Positions 31,023-52,452 of a stretch of 64,000 bases of DNA are shown in pieces; position 1 is the stretch's first letter, and the number at the start of each line of letters is the position of its first letter. Both the position numbers and the translations under genes were made by a program. The stretch is from assembly GCF_009914755.1 (NCBI RefSeq), contig NC_060933.1. One strand, given 5' to 3'. This DNA is from the human T2T-CHM13v2.0 reference genome, Homo sapiens. The notes under the pieces were generated by a model, which searched no databases, was not told where the DNA came from, and saw only the letters and a list, made by a program, of their open reading frames with translations.

Positions 31023-31356
31023 TGTTGAAATCAAGTTTAGCCTAAAGCCGCCTCCTTATATATTTAAGTTTGGCCTAAAAGTTTGTCTGTATATTGTGAC
31101 AAGTGGAGGTGTAAACAGACTACACTTGTGCCAATCACTGAGTTTTGGCCAATGAAATGTAGCCAACTGTTCAAACCATGTTCAGATAAGGCAAATGCCA
31201 AGCTGCAGCCAAACCCAGCTGTTTCTGTACCTCACTTCCATTTTCTGTCCATAAACCTTCCACCGCATGACTGTGCTGGAGTGTCCGAGCCTACTCTGCC
31301 TGGGAAGGCTGCCCGATTCTTGAACTGTTTGTTGCTCAATTAAACTCCTTTAAATT
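31023..31356 (+). mobile_element. MER57-type LTR truncated at its polyadenylation site
   Basis: tgttgaaatcaagtttagcctaaagc start; ends ttgctcaattaaactcctttaaatt then poly(A); U5 terminus absent. Confidence 0.85.
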
Positions 31357-31363
31357 AAAAAAA

Positions 31364-32805
<1,442 letters not shown>

Positions 32806-33026
32806 GGCTGGGCATGGTGGCTCACACCTGTAATCCCAGCACTTTGGGAGGCTGAGATGGGCAGATCACTTGAGGTCAGGAGTTCGAGACAAGTCTGGCC
32901 AACATGGCAAAACCCTGTCTCTACTAAAAATACTAGCTAAAAATTAGCTAGCTAAAAAATTAGCTAGCTAAAAATTAGCTAGGCATGGTGGTAGGTGCCT
33001 GTAATCCCAGGTACTTGGGAGGCTGA
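32806..33026 (+). mobile_element. 3'-truncated AluS with tandem TAGCTAAAAAT-like linker expansion
   Basis: aaaaattagctagct repeated about 3 times; ends abruptly at gggaggctga, joined to an L1 3' end. Confidence 0.85.
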
Positions 33027-33756
33027 ATTTTACTTTTAGATGGATAAAATGTACATTATATAAACTATATGTCAATACAGCTATGTATTTTTTTAAAGTA
33101 CAAACTATTTTTTTAAATACAAAAACATTACATAGCGTGAACTCCATGGCACAGCTGCCATACTGAAGGAATTATACTGTGTTTAAAAACCTGATTAAAA
33201 ATTAAGTTTTTAAAAAATGGGGTCATTAAATTTTATTTTAAGGTTTTAACAGTTCTTTACCCAAGCCAAACATTTTATCTACAGTTGCCCAAGGAAATGC
33301 GTAAGCGGGTTACTTAATTTCCTCCCTGTGGCAATCCTTGGCTCTCGCCCTTCTTAACACTTTATTAATGCAAGTCAGCAACTGCTAGTTTTACATCTTA
33401 TCTTTCATCAATGTTTAAGAGATAGCAAGTCTAGGGCTCATTATGATCTGCTAATATAGTTCTTAACAAGACACTTAGCTTCCATAGTTATTTGCCAATG
33501 AAGCAAGAAAGTGGTACCACTTCATCATTATTCTGATTTTATTGGAGAGAGTGAATGTGTGAGTTTACTGAGGGAAGCAGCCCAAGGAAGTGGGATGGGA
33601 CAAATTCTACAACAGAGATCACCCATAGACAAGGAGTGGACCCATGAAACTTAAAGACGTAGCGATTTAGGGAGTGACTTTACATCCTAGGATTAATGTC
33701 TTTGGGGGTTTATGATTAATATTTAGTTCCTTGTTGCCATGTAACAGAAGATGTAA

Positions 33757-34083
<327 letters not shown>

Positions 34084-34484
34084 AATTTTGGTTTTAATTA
34101 GAAACTAGATAGGATGCATACCAAATATATATTATGACGTGTCCCCACCCCCTGCCAAATAGACACATATACATTGTCTCCTTATCTTTTCTCCAATCAC
34201 AGTATCTATTTCACTCACAACTTTTATGCAAAATCATGAAATAAAAATAATTTTAAAAATTATTAATCTTCAAAATCTTAAAAATTATTAATCAAATGGA
34301 TAAATTTGATATATGTGATATTATTTGTCTTTGGTAATTTTGTAAAGACTTTTAAACTGTTTTTAACATTCAAAAGGAAAGACACATCTCTCTCTTTTAA
34401 TGTAGAAAGTCAGTCTTGGTTATTTACAGCATACATAGGGGGCCTTATCTGATTCTCCAATCCCTGGAAAAATAGAGTTGAATG

Positions 34485-34965
34485 CTCATTTGATCCTATT
34501 CCACATGCTACTGGTTTCCCTCCTGTTCATCCTGCTCCAGCCTTGAGGATGTTCTTGCTGAAATATCACCATCCAAAGCTCTTCCTCTATCAGGCTTTTG
34601 CATTTGCTGTTCCCTTTTCCACATCTTCTCAAGGCTGGATCTTCTTTAGTTTTCAGCAAAATGTGAACTCTGTGAAGAGGCCTCCCTGACCACTCAATTA
34701 GCCACTGCCCCATGACTAGTTTTTTTTTTTTAACTTTCTTAAAGTGCTTTAACTTCCTCAAGCCCTTATTATTATTCTTTGAGTGCATTTTGATTATTTG
34801 TTTCTTGTTTATCATCTAGAAGGAGATGACAACTTCATGACAACAGGAACATAATCCTCATGAGGGCAGGCATTTTACTAGTATTGTTCACGATTACTCT
34901 CCCACTCCCATGTCAAATTCTGTGCTGTAATAGGCATTCAATAAATAATGGAATGAATGAATGAC
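34485..34965 (+). mobile_element. L2a 3' end
   Basis: gcttttgcatttgctgttccc...gaggcctccctgacc...caataaat...gaatgaatgaatg. Confidence 0.7.
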
Positions 34966-35662
34966 AGACAAATGTCACACATCATGCCACCTGATGTTAT
35001 AACATCCAATGTTGATAACCGAACAGAAGCAAAATTAAAGGCCATGAGATATTGGAATGGTCACACTGATTAAAGGCTTTGTGGGCTACACCTCATTGCA
35101 CACATTTATCAATGACTGAATTAAGGTGATATTTAGCAGTTTGATATTACCTATGAAAACAAACCAAATGGATGTAGCATGCTTTCTTTTTTTGAAACAT
35201 ATTTAATAATTGATTTCAATCATTTTCAATCTGAATTTTAATATACTTTTAACAACAGATTTCATAGTTTGGTCTTGTTTTTCTTGTTTGTTTAGTGACT
35301 CGTTTACTTGAGCATTAATATTAAGCCAGTTCTTTGTGTAGTTATATGTAGAAGTAGCCATCAACTCCCAAGCACCAACTCCAGGCCAGTTCAAATACGG
35401 AAGACTCACTTGAATTCCTGCATCTCAATGATGATACAGCCTGGAGCCCTTCTGTCCTCCATACCAACAGGCAGTTACAGCTGATTTGGTTGTTTGGCAG
35501 CGAATCTCTGTCCTGCTGCCTTCAAGCTGCCATTTCATTTCTTCAATATGGAGACAGGAAATGTGGCTTACCATCAGCAACAAGCTAGTAGTAATCATCC
35601 TCATGGAAGACACAAAAACGTTTGTCAAGAGGGTCCAAAGTTTGTAGCTGGTGAGAATGTAC

Positions 35663-35790
35663 AGGAAAGAAGGAAGGAAGGAAGAGAGGGAGGGAGGGTG
35701 GAAGAGACAGAGGGAGGGTGGAAGAAAGGGAGGAAGGAAGGAAAGAGGGAGGGAGTAAGAGAGTAAGAGAGAGAGCCTGAGAAAGATAGA
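35663..35790 (+). repeat. GA-rich low-complexity tract
   Basis: (GGAA)/(GGGA)-like polypurine run. Confidence 0.9.
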
Positions 35791-35842
35791 GGTGGACTCC
35801 ACACATACCAGCAAAACAAACTCATGAGGTAGAACTTTTTAG

Positions 35843-36217
<375 letters not shown>

Positions 36218-37164
36218 TAATTTGGTGCATTTTGCTTAAAGGAATGTAAGTTGACAAATGGTATGTGTAATTTCCCCTGTGGTTTCCCTCTTCAGAGTCT
36301 GTGCTCCCTGCATTGAATAATGAGATGTAAGTTTAGGAAATGCCTCCATGGTGTTCATTATACTTTGTGTATTTTCCCTGAGACAGGAAACAGAGGACTG
36401 TCTGTCAAAGAAAGCAATTTTTATAAATTCACAGCCAACGGGGAATATTCCTTTCATTTTTTTTAGCTAAATCTGTGATTTAACAAATGTAGTGTTTGTC
36501 AGCAAGGAGATTGAAACCATTATGTCTTTCTCTACCTGTTGATAATGATATTGCAAGTGGGAAGTCGCAAATATATTGGCATCAATAGCAACACGGCAAG
36601 CAGATGAAGCTCCAAAACTCGTCACCCACTTTGAAGCCAAATAAAAAGCCCATTTTTCTTTCTAGTTATTAATGATATGAAACTACAGACTGTAACTGCA
36701 AATAATCATTGGCAAGGGCAACATAAAAGTTATAAATTTAGGCTTTGAAAACAAATCAAACTTGAAGGAATCCTCTGTAATTTATTCCTAAATTAAAGAT
36801 TTCCTCTTTTTTTTTTTGAGTGAAAGAACTTATACGTAAGCATGGAAATGAGAACTAAATCATTTGCTGAAACAATTGTCTGAGAGTTACTTAATTCAAA
36901 ACCACTCTTGTGTATGAAATAAAGCAGAACTTGATTAGCACGTAATAAAAGGCAATTAATTTAACAGACAGTAAATATATTGCTGATTCCTGAAGTCTCT
37001 GGCCCCATTTTCTCTTCAGAAAACTATTTCAACTGATAGCATTCTCTCCTTTCATTGAAGTCCTATAGTAATTAAAATCAGTTATTTAATTATATACTGC
37101 CTTGATATACAGAGTTCAGACTTTGTAGGACTATTGCTAATCATCTAAATCAGGAGTTTGGTAA

Positions 37165-37505
<341 letters not shown>

Positions 37506-37703
37506 CTTGGCCATACCCATTTTTTTACATTTTATCTATGATTGCTTTCCTGTGATTGAGTTGAACAGCTGTACAGAGACATTACAGCCTCTAGAACAAA
37601 AGTAAATTTACTATCTGGCCCTTTGTTGAAATAGACCTTAAGATTGTCACGGGAAAAAATTGAATCTCCTACTCAGAGGATATTGTTTCACAAGTGCGGT
37701 CCC

Positions 37704-38777
<1,074 letters not shown>

Positions 38778-38832
38778 TCCCAGACCAGCAGCATGAGCAC
38801 CACCTAGCAAGTTGTCAGAAATATAAATTCCA

Positions 38833-39621
<789 letters not shown>

Positions 39622-40230
39622 ATGTTACCTGTCATTTAAAATGTAGCCACTTCTCCTCCCTTTCCTGGTCTCTCCTTGTTCCTAGGGGAAGTTACCTCTA
39701 ACACTTCCATTTGTTTAATATCATAAAGTTGCAAGAAACGTACAGAGAGAGAAAAAGGTTCTAACTTTTCTTAAGATAATATGGGTGTATATATACGCAA
39801 ATATATATATAATGCTTGTATAAATTAACATTTATTATCTTCTATGATATGATAAGGCATATCACCAAGTAATCTGGAATATCAAAATATCAGCATCAGC
39901 TCTCTCTGTTTCAATACGTATAAACTAGGTAGTTCACTAGGAACTTTGAATACATTAGCTCTGACCTTTACAACAGTTCTATGGAAAAAAAATAGTTATC
40001 TCCTTTTAACAGAGGAAGAAAATTGATTTTTCAGGGTATTTCCACTCTTACCTCAGTTTCCTCATATGTAATGTGGGATTGACTCAGTCATCTGCTTGAA
40101 AGAAGATGGGCAAATCTGGTCCTCTGAAGAGGGAAAGGGGAGATGAGTGAAAATGAACAGAGGAAGCCAAAAAAAAAAAAAAAACACACACACAAGCACA
40201 CACCAAAAATAAGGAGGAGACCCATTTTAA

Positions 40231-40568
<338 letters not shown>

Positions 40569-41919
40569 AGAGTTTTATCTTCAAATAAAATATTTTTTTA
40601 AGAAAGCTGAAAGCCTCACAGAAGATATGTCCTTGAGGGAAAAATTTCAAACCCTTGACTTGCTTGTCATTTGGTAGTTTTTGTAACTGAGTCTCAGTGA
40701 GCTACGGTTTTCGTAGCTCTACAGACACAAAGCAAAAGGGTGGTCATAAAGCTGCCTTTCAGCAGACATCTGCAGGCATGGCTGGGTGTGTGCCACACAC
40801 TGGCCAGCTCAGAACATGTCCTTGTCACTGTGAAGCTTAATGAGATGCACAGTCTATGACCTGTCTTAAAGCAAAGTGAAGACATAAGCAAAACAGAAGC
40901 CACCCTGATATTTCAGAGTGGGATATCTGTTAAGAGATGATCTCATTCAGATTGATTTTTAATATTAATTGAATTGCAGGCTTGCCACAATATGGTGGAA
41001 TACTAACAAAACATAAAAGCCGCAGTAGCCGTGGGGAGTGACGTCAGCAAGTGATAAAATGAGACTTTCTGGATCTCGGCCCCTCACAGAAACATCAATT
41101 TGAACAAATCTTCACACACAAAAATCCTTTCACAAGAGCTGAGGAATCCACATGAGAGATCACAGCATGTTGAGTGTAACATAGAAATAAAACCCAAGCT
41201 CTGGGACCACCACCCCAGCTCTAGGCCAGCCCCTGCAGGCCAAGGTCCAGGCTGGCCTCCAGGGCCCAAGGCTCCAGGCCCACCCCAGAACCAGGCTTGG
41301 CCCCATGAACTCATATATATACAGCCTGAGTCTGAGAAAAAAAGGTAATTTTTCTTCACAGTGAAAATTGCAGCCAAAGCAACATCTTGCATTGGATATA
41401 TATGTCTTTCTCTAGGGCCTGGACATGCAGAAATGTGTAATATTCATAGAGAATTGTCTCCAGCAATGAAGAGGAATATGTGGGAACATTTAATTTTTTA
41501 CAACAAAGTTACAATCTGGGAAACACACTTTAGTCTGATGCAAACTCAATCAATGCTAGTATTGGCTACTCAGAATAACCTACAATTTAATTTATGTCAG
41601 TTTTTATAATCATCCCTGAAAATCAGAACTCATAATTACGATGTTGTGTATAATTGCAAATGAGAATTTTAGAAATCATTTAAAAGGCAAAAGGTGTTTA
41701 TGAAGGTAAAAATCTCAAATTTCAAACAAAACCTTGTGATTTGAGATAAAAGATCTAATAGCATCGTAACAGATTCATATGCAAATTTAATACAAATGCA
41801 ACAGGAATTTAGCTGGAAGAGAAGATGCTGCATTTTGAACAACTGTGTTGAGTGACTCAAAACATGGCTCCTGTAAGGAGGAAGATCTCATGCTGGAAAT
41901 GCACGTGATGAATGAATAA

Positions 41920-43056
<1,137 letters not shown>

Positions 43057-43203
43057 GAAACCTTAATTTTATGAAATGTTTTTTATGTTCCAGACCTTAA
43101 CTGATGAGCTTTTAAAACTAACTTCTAAATTTGAAATGTATATTTAATTATGGAATACGCTTTAATGTAATCTTTTGGGATAATCACCTAATATTTTGCC
43201 TTG
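43057..43203 (+). repeat. Derived copy of 20555-20701
   Basis: 146/147 identical, offset 22502 bp. Confidence 0.95.
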
Positions 43204-44866
43204 GCATTAGGCATGGAGCATTTGTCTGGGTGATCACATGGAGGGCCCTGCCTCAGTTTACCTCCCTCATTGACCTGCTTGTTGACTAAATTATCATAAC
43301 TTGATCACAATTCCTTTGAAGCTGCCTGAATCAAAGCCACTGATCTGCAGATAAAATCAAAATACACATTCAGTGTTACACACAAAGTAACATTGCCTTA
43401 TATACTGTATCTACACTTTATTGAGAACTGGAAATTCCATAAAGATGGAGAGGCATTACTGAAGGCAAGCAAGCAAAACTCTAGCATGCAGTCAGACTCA
43501 TGGCAGGAATTAGGCATGATCTACCTTGTCCTCACCCTTGGGGCACTGCCTGCATGTCTGTAGGCCTCGGCCATGCCCAGCTCCTGTGGCTGCCTGGAAA
43601 GTGTGGGTTTGGCCAGTTGCTGCCATCACTACTCCTCAATAGGTCCTGGATCTCAGAATTTGCCTGGTAGTGCTGGGCCCACCTGCTGATGTTCAGGATA
43701 AAGGGAGTGGGGAGAAGGGGTCATTCTGCTTCCTTCACGTGGAAGTGCAGGTGTTAGTTTTGGGGGACTGGACAGCAAAGAGCATGGTTCCTTGACTCCT
43801 GGGTCATGGGGTGTCTGGCCACTTCCACATCGTTGCCACTCACTCCTAGTGATACACCAGGCACCAGAGGCTCCACTCCTGAGGCACATGCCCCGGCTGC
43901 CTCAACACTGGCCCTTCCCCCCACCTTGGATGAGCTCCTGTTGCTTCAGCATGAGCAGGGCTCACTCTTTCACTCTGCAGCAGGCCTAGGCTGTGCTGGC
44001 TTCTGAGATGCCCCAGGGCACCTGCTGGGAAGTGGGGTGTATGTGCGTGAGGCGCCAGTGTTGGTCCATTCTCGCTGGGCAGCCTTATTTTCCCAGCTTT
44101 TTCCTTGTGCCGCCCTCAGCCTTTTGTCTCTCATGACTTCCCTTTCAGGTCACACCACTTTGCTGCTTGACCCTTGAGTGTTAGCAACCCTTCCCTGCTC
44201 TGGGACTCAGTTTACCTTTTGTTGGTCTAGAGGGGCAGGACAGGTGATTTCTTCCCAGCTTGACTCCAGATCAATAGCTTGCCCTCCCCTGGTGACAGCA
44301 GAGAGATCTGTGAATCACTGCCCACCCTCACCCCCACTCCTGCCCCTCGGCATACTCCCCGCCCCAGGTCTTCCCAGGTCACCTGCTCTTAGGCTCCACC
44401 ACACCCCTGCAGGTCAGCCTCTCCCAGCAGCCTTCCCGTAGACTCCTTCTCCTCTCTCCCCCTCTCTTTCCTGTAGAGGCTTTGGAGCCCATCAGCCCGA
44501 GGACCAGGACTCCACCGCCCTGCACCCCTCTTGCGCCAGGATGGCCCCAAACTTCGGCAGATGCTCTGGCTCTAAAACTTGGACCAGCACCAGGTACCCC
44601 AGGCAGGGCCCTAGTTCTGCTGTCCTGCCCTGAAGGCCATGTTCGGTGGCTGGCCTAGCCTGATGGGAACATGTACAGTCAGGAAATCTCTCCACAGCTC
44701 CAGGCCCAGGTAAATGGTTCTCAATACTCTGGTCCAAGGGACTGGTCCTTTGAGGTCAGGAGCACATCTCAGCTTCAAGGAAAGCTGAAAAACATGCAAG
44801 ACTCTATTGCCAGGAGAATTTATTTTTATTTTTTCTTTGTGTTATTATTATTTTTTCTTTATCTGC

Positions 44867-45170
44867 CTTTTTTTTCTTTTTTTTGTTTTGTGATGGAGCC
44901 CAGGCGGGAGTGCAGGGGCATGATCTTGGCTCACTGCAACCTCCGCCTCCTGGGTTCAAGTGATTCTCTTGCCTCAGCCTCCCCAGGTAGCTGAGACTAC
45001 AGGCGTGTGCCACCAAGCCCAATTAATTTTTTTTTCTTTTTTTTTTTTTTAGCAAAGATGGGGTTTCACCATGTTGGCCAGGCTGGTCTCAAACTCTTGA
45101 CCTCAGGTGACCTGCCTGCCTTGGCCTCCCAAAGTGCTGGGATTACAGGTGTGAGCCACCTCACCTGGCC
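44867..45170 (-). mobile_element. AluS
   Basis: Full Alu on minus strand. Confidence 0.9.
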
Positions 45171-45260
45171 CTGGGCCAATAATTTTTTAATAACTCCTAC
45201 CATAATATTTTTGTTTGTTATTTATTTGATAAATATGATAGACTAAAAATAAATTAGCAA

Positions 45261-45463
45261 GGCCGGGTGCGGTGGCTCACGCCTGTAATCCCAGCACTTT
45301 GGGAGGCCAAGGCAGGCAGATCACCTGAGATCAGGAGTTTGAGACCAGCTTGGCCAACAGGGTACTAAAAATACAAAAATTAGCCAGGCGTGGTGGCAGG
45401 TGCCTGTAATCCCGGCTACTTGGGAAGCTGAGGCAGGGGAATCACTTGAACCCGGGAGGCGGT
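45261..45463 (+). mobile_element. Truncated AluS
   Basis: Left arm plus partial right arm, internal deletion. Confidence 0.88.
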
Positions 45464-46524
45464 TCTGTTTGCAAGTATAGTTGTAACTGCAACCCAAAAT
45501 GTCTTAGAAACTTGCTATTTGAAGTATTGTCATCACCTGGGATCTTGCTAGAATCTGCATTTAACAACATTCTCAGGCAATTTTAATGATCATTAGGTTT
45601 GAAAAACACTGCCTTAAAACAAAGGAAAGAATGGCAGGCAAGTTTCAATTCTAAGCATGCTATATTGTATGTTCTTGGGCAAATTCCACTAAGTCTGAAT
45701 TTTAAAACAGTTAACTATGGGTAGTAATGAATGAAGTGTCACCTTGTAAAGCTACTTTGAGAAATCCAAGTGTTGACAAACCCTTTGCAAAAATAAAGTT
45801 GCTGAACATATTCTAATACAGTTATGTTGGGCTCCTGTTCTTATGAGGCAGAGAAAATTATGCTTTAATCAGAGCTTCTAAGTCACAATCACTGGAATCT
45901 ATTATTAGCCTTTAAGTCCTCATTCTTGAGACAGCACCATGTCTATTCTTGGTTGCTGGGAAACTGATTATGCTCTTCAAATAGAAACTGCAGCAGCAGA
46001 TGAACTTTAAGAAAATATAATCATGTTTGTAAGAAGAAAAATTTAATAAAGGAAGAAATGAAGCAAAGGAAACTCATAAACTGATCTGTTTTGAAATTCC
46101 ATTTCTGCCCTCATGATAGCATTATTGACTTAATAATGAAGCAATGTTACTCATTCACAATTGTACAGCAATGGCCAAAGACTGAATGACCTCTATTTTC
46201 TGAAATTGTTTCATTTACAGAGTTCACTCCTGATGGGAACATCCAGAGACATCTTCAGAGAGCTTTGCTTTGACCCCCACCCCCCAACATTTTAAGGCAT
46301 GGATCTGGAAATAATGTAGTTGGTTTACAAAAGTAAGTCTTATTTTACAATTGCATATTCCACAAAGGCATTTCACTTTCAAAGCTCCTCCAAGACAATT
46401 ACCTCCAGATTGAGACACACCCTGCTCCTGAATTCATGCCTGCATACCAGCCATTCTTAATCACCTTCCTTTTTAATCCAGTTGGAAAATAAAATGTTTC
46501 CTTGTTCTCTGAATGTACAGTACT

Positions 46525-46552
46525 CAGATGTACAGTGAAAATGATTGATGCT
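46525..46552 (+). repeat. 28-bp exact direct repeat, copy 1 (copy 2 at 50051-50078)
   Basis: cagatgtacagtgaaaatgattgatgct. Confidence 0.95.
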
Positions 46553-47012
46553 CAAACCGCCTATAAATTCTTTGATTCCATCAGCTTTTCTCTTTCTACT
46601 GGCCATTTCCCATTAGTGTTTAAACTTAAGACTCACACATCTCCCATCAAATAAACCCCCTTCACCCTACTTCACCGATTTCAGTATTTTAGCTTCTCCT
46701 CTCCTTATTTACTTCCCATTTGTCTTTCAGTCCATCCTGCTCTATTTTCACTTCTACAATTGCACAGAAATGTCTCTGATAAAAGTTCCCAGCATACATT
46801 TTGGAACTGATATTACTTGATCTCACTTCATGGTAACAATATGCTGCTGATGGAAGTACCACAGAACTCACAAAAAGCTTTTACTTCTCCAGGGAATTTC
46901 ATCATGTCTGTCTAGACCCAACAAAGCCAAACCCTGAACAATGGCCATTTCAGCCTCCATTTGACCCAAGCCAACTTATATTGAATAAACTAATGCTTTA
47001 AAAATTATAATG

Positions 47013-47341
<329 letters not shown>

Positions 47342-48253
47342 TCAACCAATAAACCTACAATACTTTAAGATTCTTTTTAAAAGAAAACAATATATTTTTA
47401 TTAGAAAAAGTAAAGGATTTATTCATAATAAGTAAATCTTGGTTTCAGAGCTCTTAATTTACTGATTGACTGTGATCAGATGCCAGTGGGAATGTGTCTG
47501 TAGCACCATTACTCACATGAGGGAGTATTTTAACCCTTTATATATACATCACTAATAGTGGAACCTTGAAGAAGTCCATTTCTCAATATTGATATAAATT
47601 ATAATTTATATTGACACACTAGTTTTTTTCCCATAAGTTTTATATTGAATCCAAGAAAGCTTTATCAGTGTCTGACACCAAGAAATATGCTTTAACCGTA
47701 ATGTATTTGGAATGTCCACAGTATATTCCACGGTGTGTGAATCTTTAGCTTTAGAAATTAGCTTTGACAAGGGAGAGGTCCTGAATTATCCAACAACAAA
47801 ATTGAATTATTGTATAAGATGTAGCGCCCATACCTGCAGGGCATGTGAAGCTCAGTGATTGGATAATAAGACTTTTACTAATGTTATGGAACCTGGGATA
47901 AGCATTGCGATAGAACCAGGAAGACTGTTGTAGTACTTTTATGACTCAGAAACAGTATGATGACTTATAACTAAAACTTTGTTCATACAAGGCCAGCACT
48001 CTTCTAATGATGCAATATGCATTTGATTTATCCATTGTTACTATTGTCCAAATGAAAAGCAAAAATTGACATAATGTTTATGATTTAAATAATGTAATAT
48101 ATAATTATAATAGTAATAAAAGCATATATAATAATGTTTATATTATGATTACGTTAGGTGGGGTTTCCTTCTTTTCCCTTCAAAGCTGGATAAAATTGAA
48201 TTATATAGCCAATAACATGCCCTGTGCAAGTCTAATACTCTCTTGAAAAGTGA

Positions 48254-48688
<435 letters not shown>

Positions 48689-48799
48689 TGAAGGAACTAC
48701 TCAGATGTCACTGGCCATCTGGTTAAGAAGCACAGTGATGCCATCTTGTTCTAGGATGGCGGCAGTAGGGATGGAGAGAACGTTGAGGAGCCATTCTAA

Positions 48800-49060
48800 T
48801 TCTTCCCATTACCGTGTTTTATTTTTGTAATAGCAATGATCACTTTCTGCAATTATATTATTTCTGTGTATGTTTGGGTATTTTTTATTTATCTACTTTA
48901 TTTTCATCTTCCACCATGAAAATATAAGATCGAAATGGCAGAGTAAAGATGTGCTTTGTCTTGTACACTATATCAACAGAACTTTGACATTGCTGACAGA
49001 CAGTTGATGCACATTAAATATTTGATGAATAAGTGGATGAATTAATGAATGGAAATAGAG
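48800..49060 (+). mobile_element. L2 3' fragment
   Basis: tgtgctttgtcttgtacac...taaatatttgatgaataag. Confidence 0.5.
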
Positions 49061-49542
49061 CAATAGGGTTCGCTCTAGGGTAGTGTGGTATCATGCAAGT
49101 GGGTGTGTAAATTGGGAGAGACCTGAGCATGTTTAAATATACTGGGGAATTATGTGGTTGGAACAATAAATTAAATATTGAGATACTCAAGCAAGATGTC
49201 ATGGGACCTAATACAGGAGATAAGACTATGTGATTCGCATTAAACACTCATGTAGCATGTTTATACGAGATCTTCAGACTTGCTATATAATTATTCAGCA
49301 CTCAAGGTGGTGCTTAGGAAAATTGAGGAACTAAAGACTCCTTTGTGTTACCTGATCTGTAGAAATAATTTAAAACCTTGTCTAGTTTTCTTTTTTTTTC
49401 TCCTGTCATAAGCTTGTTAAGAGATTCCTCCATAGAAACTTTTTTTGGTAAAATAATAACTGCTGTTCAGTGCATCATTTCTAACAATGTGATGTTAGCT
49501 ACAAATATTTAGGTAGCACATCCCTTCAAAATAGGTGCTTGT

Positions 49543-49905
<363 letters not shown>

Positions 49906-50050
49906 TCACCTCTCCTACGGGAACTGTGTTCTCAGACATGTCATGGGGAGTATGTCATCAGCACAGCTTCACTGGTAGAGTTTACTAAAAATACAAGTTA
50001 TCTGTATTTTCCTTATAAAGGCCTTCGTATAGTGTCCAATATTTTCTAAC

Positions 50051-50078
50051 CAGATGTACAGTGAAAATGATTGATGCT
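50051..50078 (+). repeat. 28-bp exact direct repeat, copy 2
   Basis: Identical to 46525-46552. Confidence 0.95.
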
Positions 50079-51204
50079 TAAATACATTTTCATGGTCAAT
50101 GCAACAACCGTTGAGCAAAAAAATTAACATTTATTGCAGACACTAGGCAGTTGTCAAACAATATTAATGTCATTAAATCAATAAATGGGCACAGAATAAT
50201 GGAAGCAAGGTCATGGATGAACAGATGGCAGTGTAATGGAGTCAATCTTTTACTGATTTAACCACTCTCCTCTTATTTCTAATGTCCCTTCCATCACGAT
50301 GAGTTCTCTTTGGGATGATGTGTATCTAACTGAAGCTCCTCCTCAACAGCTGCTGAGAATTGAGTGTTGGTGGTAATTATCCATATGATTTTTAATCAGA
50401 CACTTTTCACAGATTCAAGTGGAATGATAACTCTATGGGAAATTGATAGGACAGCCAGAGTTATGCAAATTTTGGAAAAAAAATTAATCAACAGCTAATA
50501 CAAATATTATGTCTAAAGGCTAACAACTGGATGATCATAATAACTCAATGGCTAATAAATAAACTAGGGAAATCCAAGCCAGAATTAGAAGTAAAAATTG
50601 GCCATTATATAATTATGACCAAGAAGTTCTTTCTTAGTTAGCAAGGGGTACAGCTGTATGTTTATTTCAAAGTAATTTTTTTGTCTGCAGTTACAATGTT
50701 GAATGAAAGGCTAAAACAATTCCTTCCTTAGCCCTTTCCCTTTGATGTGAAAAATTAACTCTCAGTACCCTCAGTAACTTTGAATATGCTTTTTATACCC
50801 TTAAAGACAAAAATAAAGTCATCATTTTTTCATTGACTGTAACTATTAATACTATATTCATGTTACTGTAGCTTTAACTGATGACTCATTTTTAGAACAT
50901 GTTATCATTGATCTATGGCAAATGCTTTTAAAATTCCTCAGAAGCTAATCATTTATGTTGAAAACTCACAAAACTGCACATAATATAATAGATAAAGGGA
51001 GGGCATAATGAAGTTTTCATTTGACTTATCTGGGTTTTGGGATTTACCCCCTTACAGTATGTGAGCCTATGAATAAGTAGGTGAGCTTCCAGTGCTCAAA
51101 GGTTTAATGTACAGTGTATTTATTTTTAATCTTTGTGAATTTTCTATAGAGCAGAGCTGTTTCCAGTGAATTAAACCATATTTACTTCTACTACAATATT
51201 GTAG

Positions 51205-51573
<369 letters not shown>

Positions 51574-52131
51574 CCTTTACTATATTTAAAGATGACATTG
51601 TCATGTGATGTGTATGATGAAAAGTATATCATTGAACTCTATTCTCATATGAAAGAACATCTGATTTTCTAGAAGATTTATCTGCCCCAGGTATATTCCT
51701 GTGAGAATAATACAAACCAAATTAAAATGAAGTCTGCTTTTTTTTTTCTATTCCTTATTGGGATTGAATTCAGAATTCCAAACAGGTTTGCTATTCATTT
51801 TCATCTTGACAAAATCAAAACCTAAATATTCTATGTGTCACCTACTGTGATGGGAAAGATAAAACTAATTATTTAATTATCAAACATGAGTAGGTGAATT
51901 ATTTTTATTAATCAACATTACATAAACATGTTTTGAGAATAAAATTTTGTATCCTCATTTTTTAACCAAAGACATAAAATATAACTGACATTCTGTAGCC
52001 AAATCAATGATATATACACCCAGATTGACCTTTAAGAGATTAAAAATAAATGTACGCTGCATGGTCAAATGGATTTGGAGATACATAGGCTAGTAGATGA
52101 AGCACTAGGGCTTTATGAAACCTTTTTTGAG

Positions 52132-52452
<321 letters not shown>

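Noticed and set aside
35572-35660. Weak likeness to the CNTNAP LamG exon ending ...YVSSFYEEYL...NNG, followed by a donor
   Set aside because: Only short patches match, far weaker than the 53.2-kb exon; needs TBLASTN
36530-36600. Possible CNTNAP transmembrane exon (...YQQ)
   Set aside because: No hydrophobic segment retained; similarity compatible with chance
40699-40719. Perfect 8-bp hairpin gagctacg-gtttt-cgtagctc
   Set aside because: Not the histone stem-loop or any known ncRNA; short enough to arise by chance
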